Position numbers and translations under genes: made by a program. Source: a virus. From it: a stretch of DNA of 64,000 nt. Below are positions 1 to 9,530 of this stretch, piece after piece; the stretch's first letter is position 1; every line of letters begins with the position of its first letter. Below the pieces are notes generated by a model. That model was not told the origin of the DNA, did not search any database, and was given only the letters and a program-made list of their open reading frames with translations. Where the stretch lies: IMG/VR virus record IMGVR_UViG_3300028173_000007, positions 25,588-89,587 of that record, one strand, 5' to 3'.

Positions 1-1
1 G

Positions 2-3000
2 TCCACGGTCCCGATCAAGAAGCTCGACGAAGACGAGCGGGACCTTGCGCTCGACGTGATCGGCCGGCTGCGCCGCGAGATCGGGAAGCTCAAGAGCGGG
101 CTCGAAGCCGGCGCGAAGGAAGAACAGCGGTTCGGCGGGCACTCGGTGTTCCGCACTCACCACGGGATGCACTCGTTCACGGCGCCCACCGGGGCCGACA
201 AGGGCAAGATCGCGGAGGCCTGGATCACGTCGCACCTTGAGCGCGTCGGGCACGAGGCCATGAAGGAGGCCGCCGACAAGCACTATGGCGGCGAGAACGA
301 AGACGCCCCCCACGAGCACGGCATCCCCGAGAACGTACTTCGCGCCGTCCGCGCCACGCTGCGCCCCGAGGTGGTGAGCGCCTGGAGCATGGGCGGTATC
401 AAGCTCATGGACGACGGCCAGGCGCAGAAGAAGGCCGCAGCGGCGGCCAGCGCCACCGGGAAGCAGGCCGTGGCCGACAAGGCCAAGCGCGCCGAGGCGA
501 AGAAGGCCCGCGCGGCCGAGAAGAAGGCCGCCCGCGCCGAGAAGGCGCGCGCCGAGGCGAAGCCCGAGGACGACCCGAAGCGGGGCCCCGACGGCGAGCT
601 CACCGAGAAGGAGAAGGAACAGCGCCGCGAGAACGCGCGGCGCCGCAAGGGGACCGGGAAGCCCGACGAGCCGAAGAAGGGCCGCGCCCCGGCCTTCGAC
701 AATGAGACCTGGGCGAAGAAGTACGGGAAGCACGCGGAGAACGTCGAGGTCGTCGGCGGGCACATGACCGTATGGCAGATGGGCCAGAGCGGGAGCATGG
801 GCACCCGCGGAAACTGGTACGTCACCGCGCCCAACGGGAAGAACGTCGGCCGGGCGGCCAGCGCGGAGAAGGCGCGGGAGGTGGCCGAGCAGAAGGCCGC
901 TCAGCACAAGCCGCTCGGCGCTGGCGAGGTGCTGGACGAGATCCGCAAGCGCGGGGGCCACGGCATCGCGGACGGGATGCACGCGGACGCGAAGGAACGC
1001 ACCGAGGGCCACTACACCGCCACGACGCACACCGGGAAGAAGATCCCCAAGGGCGGCCCAGGCGAGCACACCGAGGGCTGGAGCTCCGCGGAGCACTCCA
1101 GCGCGGCGGCCTGGCACAAGAAGCAGGAGGACGCCAAGCGAGCGGACCCGCGTTCAAGCCTCGAAGACGCGAACCACCACGGCCGCATGGCCGAAGCGCA
1201 CCTCGGGGCCTACACGGCGATCCACGAGGGGCGGACGAAGGCGCGGAAGGCGAAGGACTTGGCCGCGCTCAAGGCCGACCCGAAGGCGAGGTTCCACGAC
1301 GCCCTTGCGTCGACCGGGTACGGCCCCGGCGGCCGGGGCTATGAGGCCGTGCGGGACTACATCGGCCTCGCCAACAGCCCCGAGGAAGCGGGCACCCTGG
1401 CGGCCGCCCTCGACTACTCGGGAGAGGCGGGCGCGCGTAGCTTCGAGGCCCTGGCGGCCCGAGCTCTCAAGGTGTCCCCGGCCGAGCTCGTGACGCGCAA
1501 GCGCGCCCACGCAGCGGCCGGCGCGGCCGCCGGCGGCGCCAAGGGCGACGAGCCGAAGCGGGTCGGCGGGGAGCTCACCGAGAAGGAGAAGGAGCAGCGG
1601 CGGGAGAACGCGCGCCGGCGGCGCAAGTTCACCCCCATCGACCCGAAGAAGGCCGCAGTCCCCGAGCACCTCCGCGCGGGGACTGCGGCGCAGGTGGGCG
1701 AGAACATCGCGGCGAACGCCAAGCTCGCCAGCACCGACGACGAGCGACAGAACGTCCGCGATCACGTCTCGCGGCTACTCGCCGCGGGGACGATCACGTC
1801 CGAAGCCGGGGAGCGGGCGTACCTGGCCGCTGGGCTGACGAAGGACGGCGGATTCAAGGCGGCCGAGCCCGCCCCCAAGGCCGAGCCCGCCCCCAAGGGG
1901 CGGGAGGCCCGCCAGGCCGAACACAAGCGCCGAGGCGGCGAGGCGGCGACCGCTCACCAGGCGGTCGCCGACCACCAGAGCGCGTGGATCAAAGAGCAGG
2001 GCGGGTCCGCCAAGTTGCGCGAGCGCGGCATCCGGCGCATGGACCAGATCCCGGTGCCGGACGAGCTCAAGATGAAGCGCCAGAAGGCGCGGGATGCCGT
2101 TGCGGCGCACCACCACGAGAACGGCGGCGCGGGCGGCTTCACGGCCGCGGCGATCAACGACGCGACCGCCTTTATCAAGCGCAGCGAGGCCAGCGGCGGC
2201 AACTTCGAGGTGCTCAAGTGGGCCCGCGCGGTGTTGTCGCAGATCAAGGCGGCCGGCCCCAACGCCGTGCGCGACACCCCCCCGCACCCCGGCAAGGGGA
2301 GCGCCACCGCGACCGCAGAGAAGTTCCTCGCCCGGCTGCGCGACCAGAACAGCCATTGGGGCGGAGACGACCGCAACGACGTGGGCGATGCCATCGTGAA
2401 GGAGGGCCGAAACAAGCGGACGGGGGCCGCGGAGCACGTCGTCAACTTCACGACCCGCCGCGGCCGCGAGGACCACCAGCGGCTCGGGGCCATCGCGACC
2501 GGCTTCGGCGGCCAGATGGTGCGGCGCAAGGGCTTCGTGTTCGCCACGCCTGAGAAGGCGCGCGCCTTCGCGGAGGCGCACGCCATCCACCACGGCACGG
2601 GCTCGCCCTACAGCGCCAGCAAGGCGGCCCAGGAGCCCGAGGGCGGCAAGCGGGGGCCCGGCGGTGAGCTCACCCCCGACGAGCTCGCCCAGCGCCGGGA
2701 GAACGCCGCGAAGCGCAAGGGGACGGGAAAGCCCGACGACGCGCCCAAGGCGAAGCCGAAGAAGGCCGACGAGCCCAAGGCGAAGCACCACCACGACGGT
2801 TGGCCCGAGGACCAGTACCAGCGCGCGCAGGCCTTCCGGCGCGCGCTCTATGAGGGCCCGATCAAGCTCGGGAACGGCGGCCAGGTGGAGACCACCGACA
2901 CGGGAGTCAAGGTCACGCACCCCGACGGGCGTGAACACGAGATGCGCGTCCCCAGGATCGACCGCGACAACACGGCGATTGAGGCCGCGGAGAACGGCGG

Positions 3001-5554
3001 GCCCGTGATCGCGGCGCCCCTGGGCAGGATGGAGGGCTACACCGCGAAGGCCGACGGCCTCCCGGTGGGGGGCCGCGCTCACATCGCGTACAACAAGGGC
3101 CAGGACGCCCTCGCCAAGCTCCACGCGCACGCCAGCGCACGGGCCCGCGGTGAGAAGGTGGACGCCGGCGAGCTCCACGACGCGGCCGAGGCCGTCACGC
3201 GACACGCCCAGGCCGTCGAGGCGGCCCACACCCGCCGCGGGAAGCCGCGGGACGCGGCCCTGCGGAAGCGCGGAAGTCTGATCGCGCAGCGAGACGCCGT
3301 GCTCTCCAGCGCCCAGGATGCCGTCGCGTTCCACGGCCAAGGCAAGCCCGACCCCGAGGCCTTCCACGCCTGGGCCAAGGACAAGAGCCCCGAGAAGCTC
3401 GTAGACCTGGCCGCGAAGGTCACCGGGGAGGGCGGGCACCCCGCCGCAACTGAGCTCGCCTTCGGCAAGGTGCCGGCGCACGACATCGTGCGCGCCGCGA
3501 TGGACAGCATCGGCAAGACCGGCTCTCGTGCCCGAAGCATCCCCGCCACCATGCGGCGCGCGGTCCATGCCCTCGGCCACCTGGCGGGGGAGCACCGCGG
3601 ACACGAGAGCATGGCCCTCGGCGCGGCCTGGACCGACCTTCCCGACGCGGTGTTGGAGGGGATCAAGACCCGAGGCCGCACCGCAGACGGCAAAGACTGG
3701 CACCCCAACGGCCAGCGGAAGCGCGCCGCGGAGAACGCCGTCGGTGAGCTCCGCGCCCGCGACAACGCCGCCCAGCGGCTCGGCGTGCCCCGTGTCGAGG
3801 TTCAGCCGAAGGTGGGGGTCAACGGCACCGAGCTCAGTCACTTGGCGGCGGGCATGAGCGACCTTCGCAAGCGGGCCAGCGCCGGCGACAAGCACGCGGA
3901 GGGCGAGATCAAGATGCGCGGCATGGCCGCCGATCTCCTGGGCCACGGGAAGCACGTCCTCGACTCCCTGCACGACCACGGCGGCGTGCATGAGGTGTTC
4001 GGCGGCGACCACGAACACATCAAAGCGCCGGACGGGAGCACCTACCGCCGGAACACGGGCCACGCCGGCGAGACGACGTGGAAGAAGGTCGGCGCGGACG
4101 GCACGACCGGCGAGTCGTGGAACCGCGGGGCGAGCCGCGCGGCTCTCGAAAAGCAGCACGGCACCGACGGGTGGGGCGACGCCAACGAGACGAAAGAGCA
4201 GGCCCACGGCCGGCTACTGGCCGACCTGAGCACGCAAGCCGGGCAGACGAGGCGGACGCCTGGGCGAAAGGAGCTCAGCGGGTACGACAAGACGGGGATC
4301 GCGATCCGCCAGCACCTCGAAGGCTCGAAGCTCATCGAGCACGACGAGCACGGCCCCGTGTCGCTCGGCCAGGTGGCCGAGGTCATGGACCGGCACCAGA
4401 ACGTCGCGGAGGCCGGCTCGAAGCGCGACAACATCCCCTCGCCCAACTGGCCGGCGAAGCTCTCCGACGAGCGCCTGGGCGAGATCGTGAAGCACCGCAA
4501 CGAGCCCGGTCTACACGACCGCTTCCACCGGGAGCAGACCGCGCGCGCCGATCACGAGCTCCACCAGGGCGACCACGGCGATCACGAGGCGGCGAAGTCC
4601 GGTAACGGCTGGACGGTCAAGAAGGGCGGAAAGCACACCGGGATCAAGGCCGACACGAAGGGCGAAGCCCTGCACGCGGCCGGGATGCTCCACCGAGGGG
4701 ACTCGGGCGAGGACGTAGAGCACGCCCTCGCCACGGGCACGGCGAAGCGCGCGGTGGGCGTCTACAAGGAACGCCGGCGCCAGGCCGCCGCGGGGGCCGA
4801 CGCGGCCAGCCTGCACGCCATGACGCAGGCGACGGCGCCCGCCGCCGGTGAGTTCAACGTCGAGGCGAAGCCGCACACGACCCGAGCGAAGGCGGCCGCC
4901 CGCATGGCGAAGTTCGCCAGCACCGAGGATGATCGCGTCAACTTGCAGAGCTACCATGTGAAGGATGGGCACGCCACCGCGACGGACGGGCACCGCCTGG
5001 CCAGTATCCCCGTGAAGGGTGACCACGAGGACGGGGCGACCTACCGAGCTCACGGCGACGCGGTGCCGAAGCACATCGAGGGCGACGCCGAGAAGGTGGC
5101 CGCGTGGCACAAGGGCTGGGGCCGAGGCTCGCAGAGCGACGTGAACTTCCCCGACTACACGCAGGTCACGCCCAAGGGGCACCCCCACGTCGATCACGTC
5201 GATGCGAAGCACCTCACGACCGCACTTCGGATGCTCAAGCCGCACATGGACGGGAAGGTCCCCCACATGCGCCTTGAACGGAAGGACGGGAAGCTCTACG
5301 CCACCGCCGACGTGGGCCACGCGGTAGACGGCGGCGTGGCACGCATCCACCTGGGCGACACCTCGCACCCTGACGGGCAGGTGGGCATCAATCACAAGTA
5401 CCTCTCCGACGCGACGCAGGGCGCAAAGGGCACGGTCCAGATCAAGACCGGGAGCATGAAGCCCCGAGCCGACGACAGCGACCACGGCCTCGCGCCGATG
5501 GCCGTACACCGCGAGGACGGCGAGAAGCACATCATCATGCCGCTGCGCGTGTGA
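2..5554 (+). CDS. Giant (>1850 aa, 5'-truncated) low-complexity polyvalent-type protein with a C-terminal DnaN (beta sliding clamp) domain II/III-like region; probable internal head/ejected protein
   Basis: Frame open from base 2 (STVPIKKLDE...), so the start is upstream of the window. K/A/H/E/G-rich with internal repeats. The last ~215 aa (from 4904) carry clamp signatures ATDGHRL, FPDY, GIN.KYL.D and terminal IIMPLRV. Lies just upstream of the protease-capsid genes. Confidence 0.8.
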   Translation, partial: STVPIKKLDEDERDLALDVIGRLRREIGKLKSGLEAGAKEEQRFGGHSVFRTHHGMHSFTAPTGADKGKIAEAWITSHLERVGHEAMKEAADKHYGGENEDAPHEHGIPENVLRAVRATLRPEVVSAWSMGGIKLMDDGQAQKKAAAAASATGKQAVADKAKRAEAKKARAAEKKAARAEKARAEAKPEDDPKRGPDGELTEKEKEQRRENARRRKGTGKPDEPKKGRAPAFDNETWAKKYGKHAENVEVVGGHMTVWQMGQSGSMGTRGNWYVTAPNGKNVGRAASAEKAREVAEQKAAQHKPLGAGEVLDEIRKRGGHGIADGMHADAKERTEGHYTATTHTGKKIPKGGPGEHTEGWSSAEHSSAAAWHKKQEDAKRADPRSSLEDANHHGRMAEAHLGAYTAIHEGRTKARKAKDLAALKADPKARFHDALASTGYGPGGRGYEAVRDYIGLANSPEEAGTLAAALDYSGEAGARSFEALAARALKVSPAELVTRKRAHAAAGAAAGGAKGDEPKRVGGELTEKEKEQRRENARRRRKFTPIDPKKAAVPEHLRAGTAAQVGENIAANAKLASTDDERQNVRDHVSRLLAAGTITSEAGERAYLAAGLTKDGGFKAAEPAPKAEPAPKGREARQAEHKRRGGEAATAHQAVADHQSAWIKEQGGSAKLRERGIRRMDQIPVPDELKMKRQKARDAVAAHHHENGGAGGFTAAAINDATAFIKRSEASGGNFEVLKWARAVLSQIKAAGPNAVRDTPPHPGKGSATATAEKFLARLRDQNSHWGGDDRNDVGDAIVKEGRNKRTGAAEHVVNFTTRRGREDHQRLGAIATGFGGQMVRRKGFVFATPEKARAFAEAHAIHHGTGSPYSASKAAQEPEGGKRGPGGELTPDELAQRRENAAKRKGTGKPDDAPKAKPKKADEPKAKHHHDGWPEDQYQRAQAFRRALYEGPIKLGNGGQVETTDTGVKVTHPDGREHEMRVPRIDRDNTAIEAAENGGPVIAAPLGRMEGYTAKADGLPVGGRAHIAYNKGQDALAKLHAHASARARGEKVDAGELHDAAEAVTRHAQAVEAAHTRRGKPRDAALRKRGSLIAQRDAVLSSAQDAVAFHGQGKPDPEAFHAWAKDKSPEKLVDLAAKVTGEGGHPAATELAFGKVPAHDIVRAAMDSIGKTGSRARSIPATMRRAVHALGHLAGEHRGHESMALGAAWTDLPDAVLEGIKTRGRTADGKDWHPNGQRKRAAENAVGELRARDNAAQRLGVPRVEVQPKVGVNGTELSHLAAGMSDLRKRASAGDKHAEGEIKMRGMAADLLGHGKHVLDSLHDHGGVHEVFGGDHEHIKAPDGSTYRRNTGHAGETTWKKVGADGTTGESWNRGASRAALEKQHGTDGWGDANETKEQAHGRLLADLSTQAGQTRRTPGRKELSGYDKTGIAIRQHLEGSKLIEHDEHGPVSLGQVAEVMDRHQNVAEAGSKRDNIPSPNWPAKLSDERLGEIVKHRNEPGLHDRFHREQTARADHELHQGDHGDHEAAKSGNGWTVKKGGKHTGIKADTKGEALHAAGMLHRGDSGEDVEHALATGTAKRAVGVYKERRRQAAAGADAASLHAMTQATAPAAGEFNVEAKPHTTRAKAAARMAKFASTEDDRVNLQSYHVKDGHATATDGHRLASIPVKGDHEDGATYRAHGDAVPKHIEGDAEKVAAWHKGWGRGSQSDVNFPDYTQVTPKGHPHVDHVDAKHLTTALRMLKPHMDGKVPHMRLERKDGKLYATADVGHAVDGGVARIHLGDTSHPDGQVGINHKYLSDATQGAKGTVQIKTGSMKPRADDSDHGLAPMAVHREDGEKHIIMPLRV

Positions 5555-5826
5555 CGGTGGACGAACCGCGTTCAATCCGGTGCGGCTCGTGTGGCCACAC
5601 CATCGGGGCTCACCAGGGCGGCCGGCTCAAGTTGCGCGTGCGTGTCCTGGCGTTCGGGCCGGACGGCGCCGCGAAGGCCCCGTGCCCGCGCTGTAAGCGC
5701 GACACGCCGGTTCCGGTGGAGCTCGCCCCCGAGTACCGGCCGGCAGCCCTCAACCGCCAGTCTCGGGCCGCAGCCGCGCGAGCTCGGGCCGCGGCCAGGT
5801 TGACGCACGCGCCCGAGACGCCTTAG
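5551..5826 (+). CDS. Small zinc-ribbon protein (Mu Com-like CxxC...CPRC)
   Basis: IRCGSCG...CPRCK; GTGA overlap with the upstream stop. Confidence 0.65.
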   Translation: MTVDEPRSIRCGSCGHTIGAHQGGRLKLRVRVLAFGPDGAAKAPCPRCKRDTPVPVELAPEYRPAALNRQSRAAAARARAAARLTHAPETP

Positions 5827-5829
5827 CCT
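5800..5829 (+). promoter_or_regulatory. Possible sigma70-type promoter
   Basis: TTGACG-N18-TAGCCT upstream of the structured leader of the head operon. Confidence 0.3.
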
Positions 5830-5887
5830 CTCGGGCAGACGCGATAGCGACACTCATTAGCGGCCTAGTCCCCCAGGGGACACCGAG

Positions 5888-5920
5888 AGGCGCCCAGGGG
5901 AGACCCTGTGGCGCCTTTTT
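5888..5920 (+). terminator. Intrinsic terminator-like hairpin
   Basis: aggcgcc-caggg/ccctg-t-ggcgcct stem followed by TTTTT. Confidence 0.6.
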
Positions 5921-5938
5921 GCGTTTGGAGAGCCCGGC

Positions 5939-6790
5939 GTGACCATGCCAGCCCCCAGCCCCACAACCCGCCTTCACGGGTGGATGCCGTGGGAGGCCTT
6001 TTTCAAGGCCGACGCGCCCAAGGGCAAGCGGCTACGCATTCGCGGCATCGTGAGCACCGAGCACCGAGACCTACAAGGCGAGGTGGTCGTGCAGGCCGGC
6101 CTCGACTGCTCCCCGATCTCGCAAGGCCGCGGGTGGTTCAACGACAATCACCGCCGCGAGACGGGCCAGGAGCTCGGCATCCCGACGAAGGTGTGGCGAA
6201 CGAAGGTCAAGGGCGTACCGGCGACGGCCGTCGAGGGCTACCTGCTCGACACGCCCGAGGGCCGGCGCGTGTGGACGAACGCGCGCGCTCTCGCGGGGAC
6301 CGGCCGCAACTACGGTTTCAGCGTCGAGGGCGCGATCCTCGAACGGGACGTGACCGACCAGAAACGGATCGTCCGCTCGGTTGCCCGGCAGATCGCGATC
6401 ACCCGTTGCCCGGTCAACCCGAACACCGAACTTGAACCAATCGCCAAGAGCCTCACGGCGCACATGGAGAAGGCCGTCCGCTTGGGCGCCGCCTTCCCTG
6501 GCGCCAGCGGCCAGCCTGGCCAGATGGGCGCGCTGGTGCCGCAGGACCTCGGCCGTCGGGCCGACGGCCACGACGACGAAGTGCAGTTCTTCGGGGGCCT
6601 GGCCTTCGATTGGGCCGCGTTCGCGCGGTCTCACAGCGCATCGGACGCCCTCAGAAACGGGCGCCGTCGCACACGTCCCCGCCTGGAGAAATCCCAGGCA
6701 GTCGCCTATGTCCGCGCGCGGCTCCCCGGTGCCACCGACGCGCAGATCAGAACCATCCTCGCCGGCGCGTCCGGCGCAACTGGAGCGTGA
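5939..6790 (+). CDS. Prohead (capsid maturation) protease
   Basis: IRGIVSTEHRDLQGE, FNDNH, GFSVEG and IAITRCPVNPNT motifs typical of SPO1/K-like prohead proteases; position before scaffold and capsid. Confidence 0.88.
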   Translation: MTMPAPSPTTRLHGWMPWEAFFKADAPKGKRLRIRGIVSTEHRDLQGEVVVQAGLDCSPISQGRGWFNDNHRRETGQELGIPTKVWRTKVKGVPATAVEGYLLDTPEGRRVWTNARALAGTGRNYGFSVEGAILERDVTDQKRIVRSVARQIAITRCPVNPNTELEPIAKSLTAHMEKAVRLGAAFPGASGQPGQMGALVPQDLGRRADGHDDEVQFFGGLAFDWAAFARSHSASDALRNGRRRTRPRLEKSQAVAYVRARLPGATDAQIRTILAGASGATGA

Positions 6791-6792
6791 AC

Positions 6793-7590
6793 ATGGAGAT
6801 CCTGCCCTACCTCAAAAGCATGGCGAAGGGTGGCGACAAGGCCGCGCTGGCGTGCCTCAAGTCGATGGCCGGTGACGGCAACGACGACGCGGCCGATGCG
6901 GTCCACGAGCTCGAAGGCGGCGACGTGGACGGCGGGAACGGCTCGGAGGCCGGCGACGCCCTCAACGGCGAGTTCGGCAAGTCGGAGGACTTCGGCCCCC
7001 TGTTCGACCTCGACGCCCTCGACAACGAGATCGCGGACGCGGAGCCCTTCGCCAAGTCGGAGGACTACCCCGAGGTGCCCGACGCCCGCGAGATCATCGG
7101 CGCCCAGGATGGCGTCGCGGCCGCGATGGCGATGGACGCCGACGATCTCGTCGAGGGCTTCGTCAAGGGCGTGTCGGAGGCCATCGACCGCCTCGGTGAC
7201 GCGACCCTGTGGAACGGGACCGGCGTGGAGGCGATGGCGAAGTCCGTCACCGCCATTGGCGAGATCCTGCACGCGCAGACCGACGCCCTCGGCGAGCTCC
7301 GCAAGGGCATGACCGAGCTCCGCGCCACCTTCCTGAGCCGCGGCGCCGGCCTGGCCGGCGTGGACGCGGCGCAGCCCGCGGCCCGCCCCCGTCTGCGCAA
7401 GTCGCTGGACGACGACGCGCTGGGGGCCCCCAGCGCCGGTGACGACCTGAACACGTTGCGGAAGTCGCTCCGCACCATGCGCGGCGCGACCTCCCGCGAC
7501 GACACGGCGAAGCAGGCCATGATCGGCGAGGCCCTCGAAGACCTGACCATCGGCGAGACGGCGCGTGCGCGCGCCCTCGTGGCCGGCTGA
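6793..7590 (+). CDS. Putative scaffold/head assembly protein
   Basis: Acidic helical protein between protease and capsid, with many xxKS motifs; ATG 6793 after GGAG. Confidence 0.65.
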   Translation: MEILPYLKSMAKGGDKAALACLKSMAGDGNDDAADAVHELEGGDVDGGNGSEAGDALNGEFGKSEDFGPLFDLDALDNEIADAEPFAKSEDYPEVPDAREIIGAQDGVAAAMAMDADDLVEGFVKGVSEAIDRLGDATLWNGTGVEAMAKSVTAIGEILHAQTDALGELRKGMTELRATFLSRGAGLAGVDAAQPAARPRLRKSLDDDALGAPSAGDDLNTLRKSLRTMRGATSRDDTAKQAMIGEALEDLTIGETARARALVAG

Positions 7591-7665
7591 CACACAACCT
7601 GCGCGGCGCGTAGGGCCGCACTCGGACCACCGGGCGCCTGGCGCTCTCAGATTGGAGAAACCATC

Positions 7666-9171
7666 GTGGAAATTGCGGACATTTTCGGCGGACAGGCCGA
7701 GGTCACCGGCGCCGGCGTCGCGGCGGCGCTCGGGAAGGGCTCGGTGGGCGAGCTCCTCAAGTCGATGAGCGTCGGGGCGACGTTCCCGGCCCAGATCGGG
7801 GACCTCAACCCCGGTCAACTGATGGCGACGGTCCCCCAGGACCTCGACGACGTGCTCCACAACATGAGCTTCGACCCGCGGAAGCACACCTTCCTGTTCC
7901 GCGAGACCCACCACGACAAGGTGTGGAGCACGGTTCACCAGTACGTCCGCAAGCAGTCGCAGGGCTCGCTCGGCCGTCGGTTCATGTTCCACCAGGAGGG
8001 CGGCCTGCCGCCCGAGTCGGACAGCACCTACACGCTGGAGCAGGTCGCGATGAAGTTCGCCGGCTCCGTCCGGCGGCTCCCGATCCAGGCGCGGCTCGTG
8101 AAGTCCATCGCGGGTAACACCGTGAAGGCCCAGAACAAGGACGGGGCCGAAGAAATCCTCGCCGGCATCGAGTGGGCGATGCTCTACGGCAACCCGACCG
8201 TGAACCCGATGACCTTCGAGGGGATCAAGCAGTCGATGATCCGCGAGGGGATCAGCCTCGACGCCGGCGGCATCGCGCCCACCGAGGCGCTCATCGATGA
8301 GGGCATGGAGCGGATCACCGAGCGGCCCAACTGGGGCTACCCGACCGACATCCTGTGCAGCCCCCGGATGCACAAGACGATCCGGCAGGTCTACGCGCCC
8401 CGAATGCGCTCCATGCTCGGCAAGGCCTTTCACCCCAACTACAGCTTGAAGGGCATGACCTTCGATCACTGTGCCGAGGGTGACGAGGTGCGGATTCGGA
8501 AGCACCCGCTCGCCATCGAAGAAGCCCCCGTGTGCGACGAGCTCGGGGCCGGCCCCGACCCGAGCAAGCGCCCCGTGCTCCCCATCGTGATCAGCCAGCC
8601 CACGCCGGCCAACGACGCGGACAGCCTGTACGGCAACGGCCAGGCGGCGCGCGCCGGCGGCGTGGTCAAGTACCGCGCCGTGGCCATCAACGAGTACGGG
8701 ATGAGCGTCCCCCTGACCCTCAACGACGCCAACATCGGCGCCGGCCAGTCCGCGCCCTTCACGATCAAGGATGGCGCCGTCCCCGGCGCGCTGAACCGGG
8801 CGACCGGCTTCATCATCTACCGCACCGAGCCGGGCCTGCTCGCGCCCACCGCCACGCAGATCGACGAGATCAGCGCGGCCAGCGGCGCGAACGTGACCTA
8901 CACCGACCGCGCCGAGAACCTGCCGGGGTGCTCCGACCTGTTCCTCCTGAGCAACAACCGCGAGGCCTTGTGCTGGAAGCAGTTGCTCCCCTTCTTCAAC
9001 TTCCCGCTGGGGAACCTCGACACGTCCTACCGCTGGGCGCTGCTCCTGTTCGGGGCCCTCAAGATCGCGTTGCCCCGGCACCACGCCGTGATCCGCAACG
9101 TGAAGCCCGACCTCGCGCTGCGCCAGGTCTTCGGGCCCGGCGATCAGAGCTCGGCCCAGGCCAACCTGTAG
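7666..9171 (+). CDS. Major capsid protein (SPO1/A511/K-type HK97 fold with Ig-like insertion)
   Basis: 501 aa; LLKS near the N-terminus, IEWAMLYGN...FEGI, insertion KYRAVAINEYG...FIIYR, C-terminal LLLFGALKIALPRHHAVIRNV; GGAG RBS. Confidence 0.88.
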   Translation: MEIADIFGGQAEVTGAGVAAALGKGSVGELLKSMSVGATFPAQIGDLNPGQLMATVPQDLDDVLHNMSFDPRKHTFLFRETHHDKVWSTVHQYVRKQSQGSLGRRFMFHQEGGLPPESDSTYTLEQVAMKFAGSVRRLPIQARLVKSIAGNTVKAQNKDGAEEILAGIEWAMLYGNPTVNPMTFEGIKQSMIREGISLDAGGIAPTEALIDEGMERITERPNWGYPTDILCSPRMHKTIRQVYAPRMRSMLGKAFHPNYSLKGMTFDHCAEGDEVRIRKHPLAIEEAPVCDELGAGPDPSKRPVLPIVISQPTPANDADSLYGNGQAARAGGVVKYRAVAINEYGMSVPLTLNDANIGAGQSAPFTIKDGAVPGALNRATGFIIYRTEPGLLAPTATQIDEISAASGANVTYTDRAENLPGCSDLFLLSNNREALCWKQLLPFFNFPLGNLDTSYRWALLLFGALKIALPRHHAVIRNVKPDLALRQVFGPGDQSSAQANL

Positions 9172-9173
9172 CC

Positions 9174-9209
9174 GGTTGAGACGGGCGCCGGCTGGCGCCC
9201 GTCTCAACC
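9174..9209. terminator. Perfect 16-bp hairpin after the capsid gene
   Basis: ggttgagacgggcgcc-ggct-ggcgcccgtctcaacc; no U-tract, so terminator or mRNA-stabilising stem. Confidence 0.6.
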
Positions 9210-9278
9210 CTCCCGCTTGGGTGCGGTTGCCCGCCCGCGGCCCCTGTGCTCACACCTGCCGGGCATGGAGCGGCTTTC

Positions 9279-9527
9279 ATGCCCACGTTCACAGCCCACA
9301 ACCCTTGTGCCTCGGGGCCAGTCCGAACGTCGCATGGCGTCTTCGAGGCCATCGACGGCACAATCACATTCGTTGGCGCTCCCGAGCTCGCAGACTACTT
9401 CCGCTCGACGGGGTGGGAGGTCGTCGTGCAGACTCCACCGAAGCCCGCCGCACCGAAGCGGGCGCCGAAGCGCGGACGCAAGCCGAAGGCGGCCGCGGAG
9501 ACGCCCCCGAGCGGGGGCGAGGGGTAA
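9279..9527 (+). CDS. Small hypothetical protein with basic tail
   Basis: GGAG RBS and ATG; typical small post-capsid gene. Confidence 0.55.
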   Translation: MPTFTAHNPCASGPVRTSHGVFEAIDGTITFVGAPELADYFRSTGWEVVVQTPPKPAAPKRAPKRGRKPKAAAETPPSGGEG

Positions 9528-9530
9528 CCG

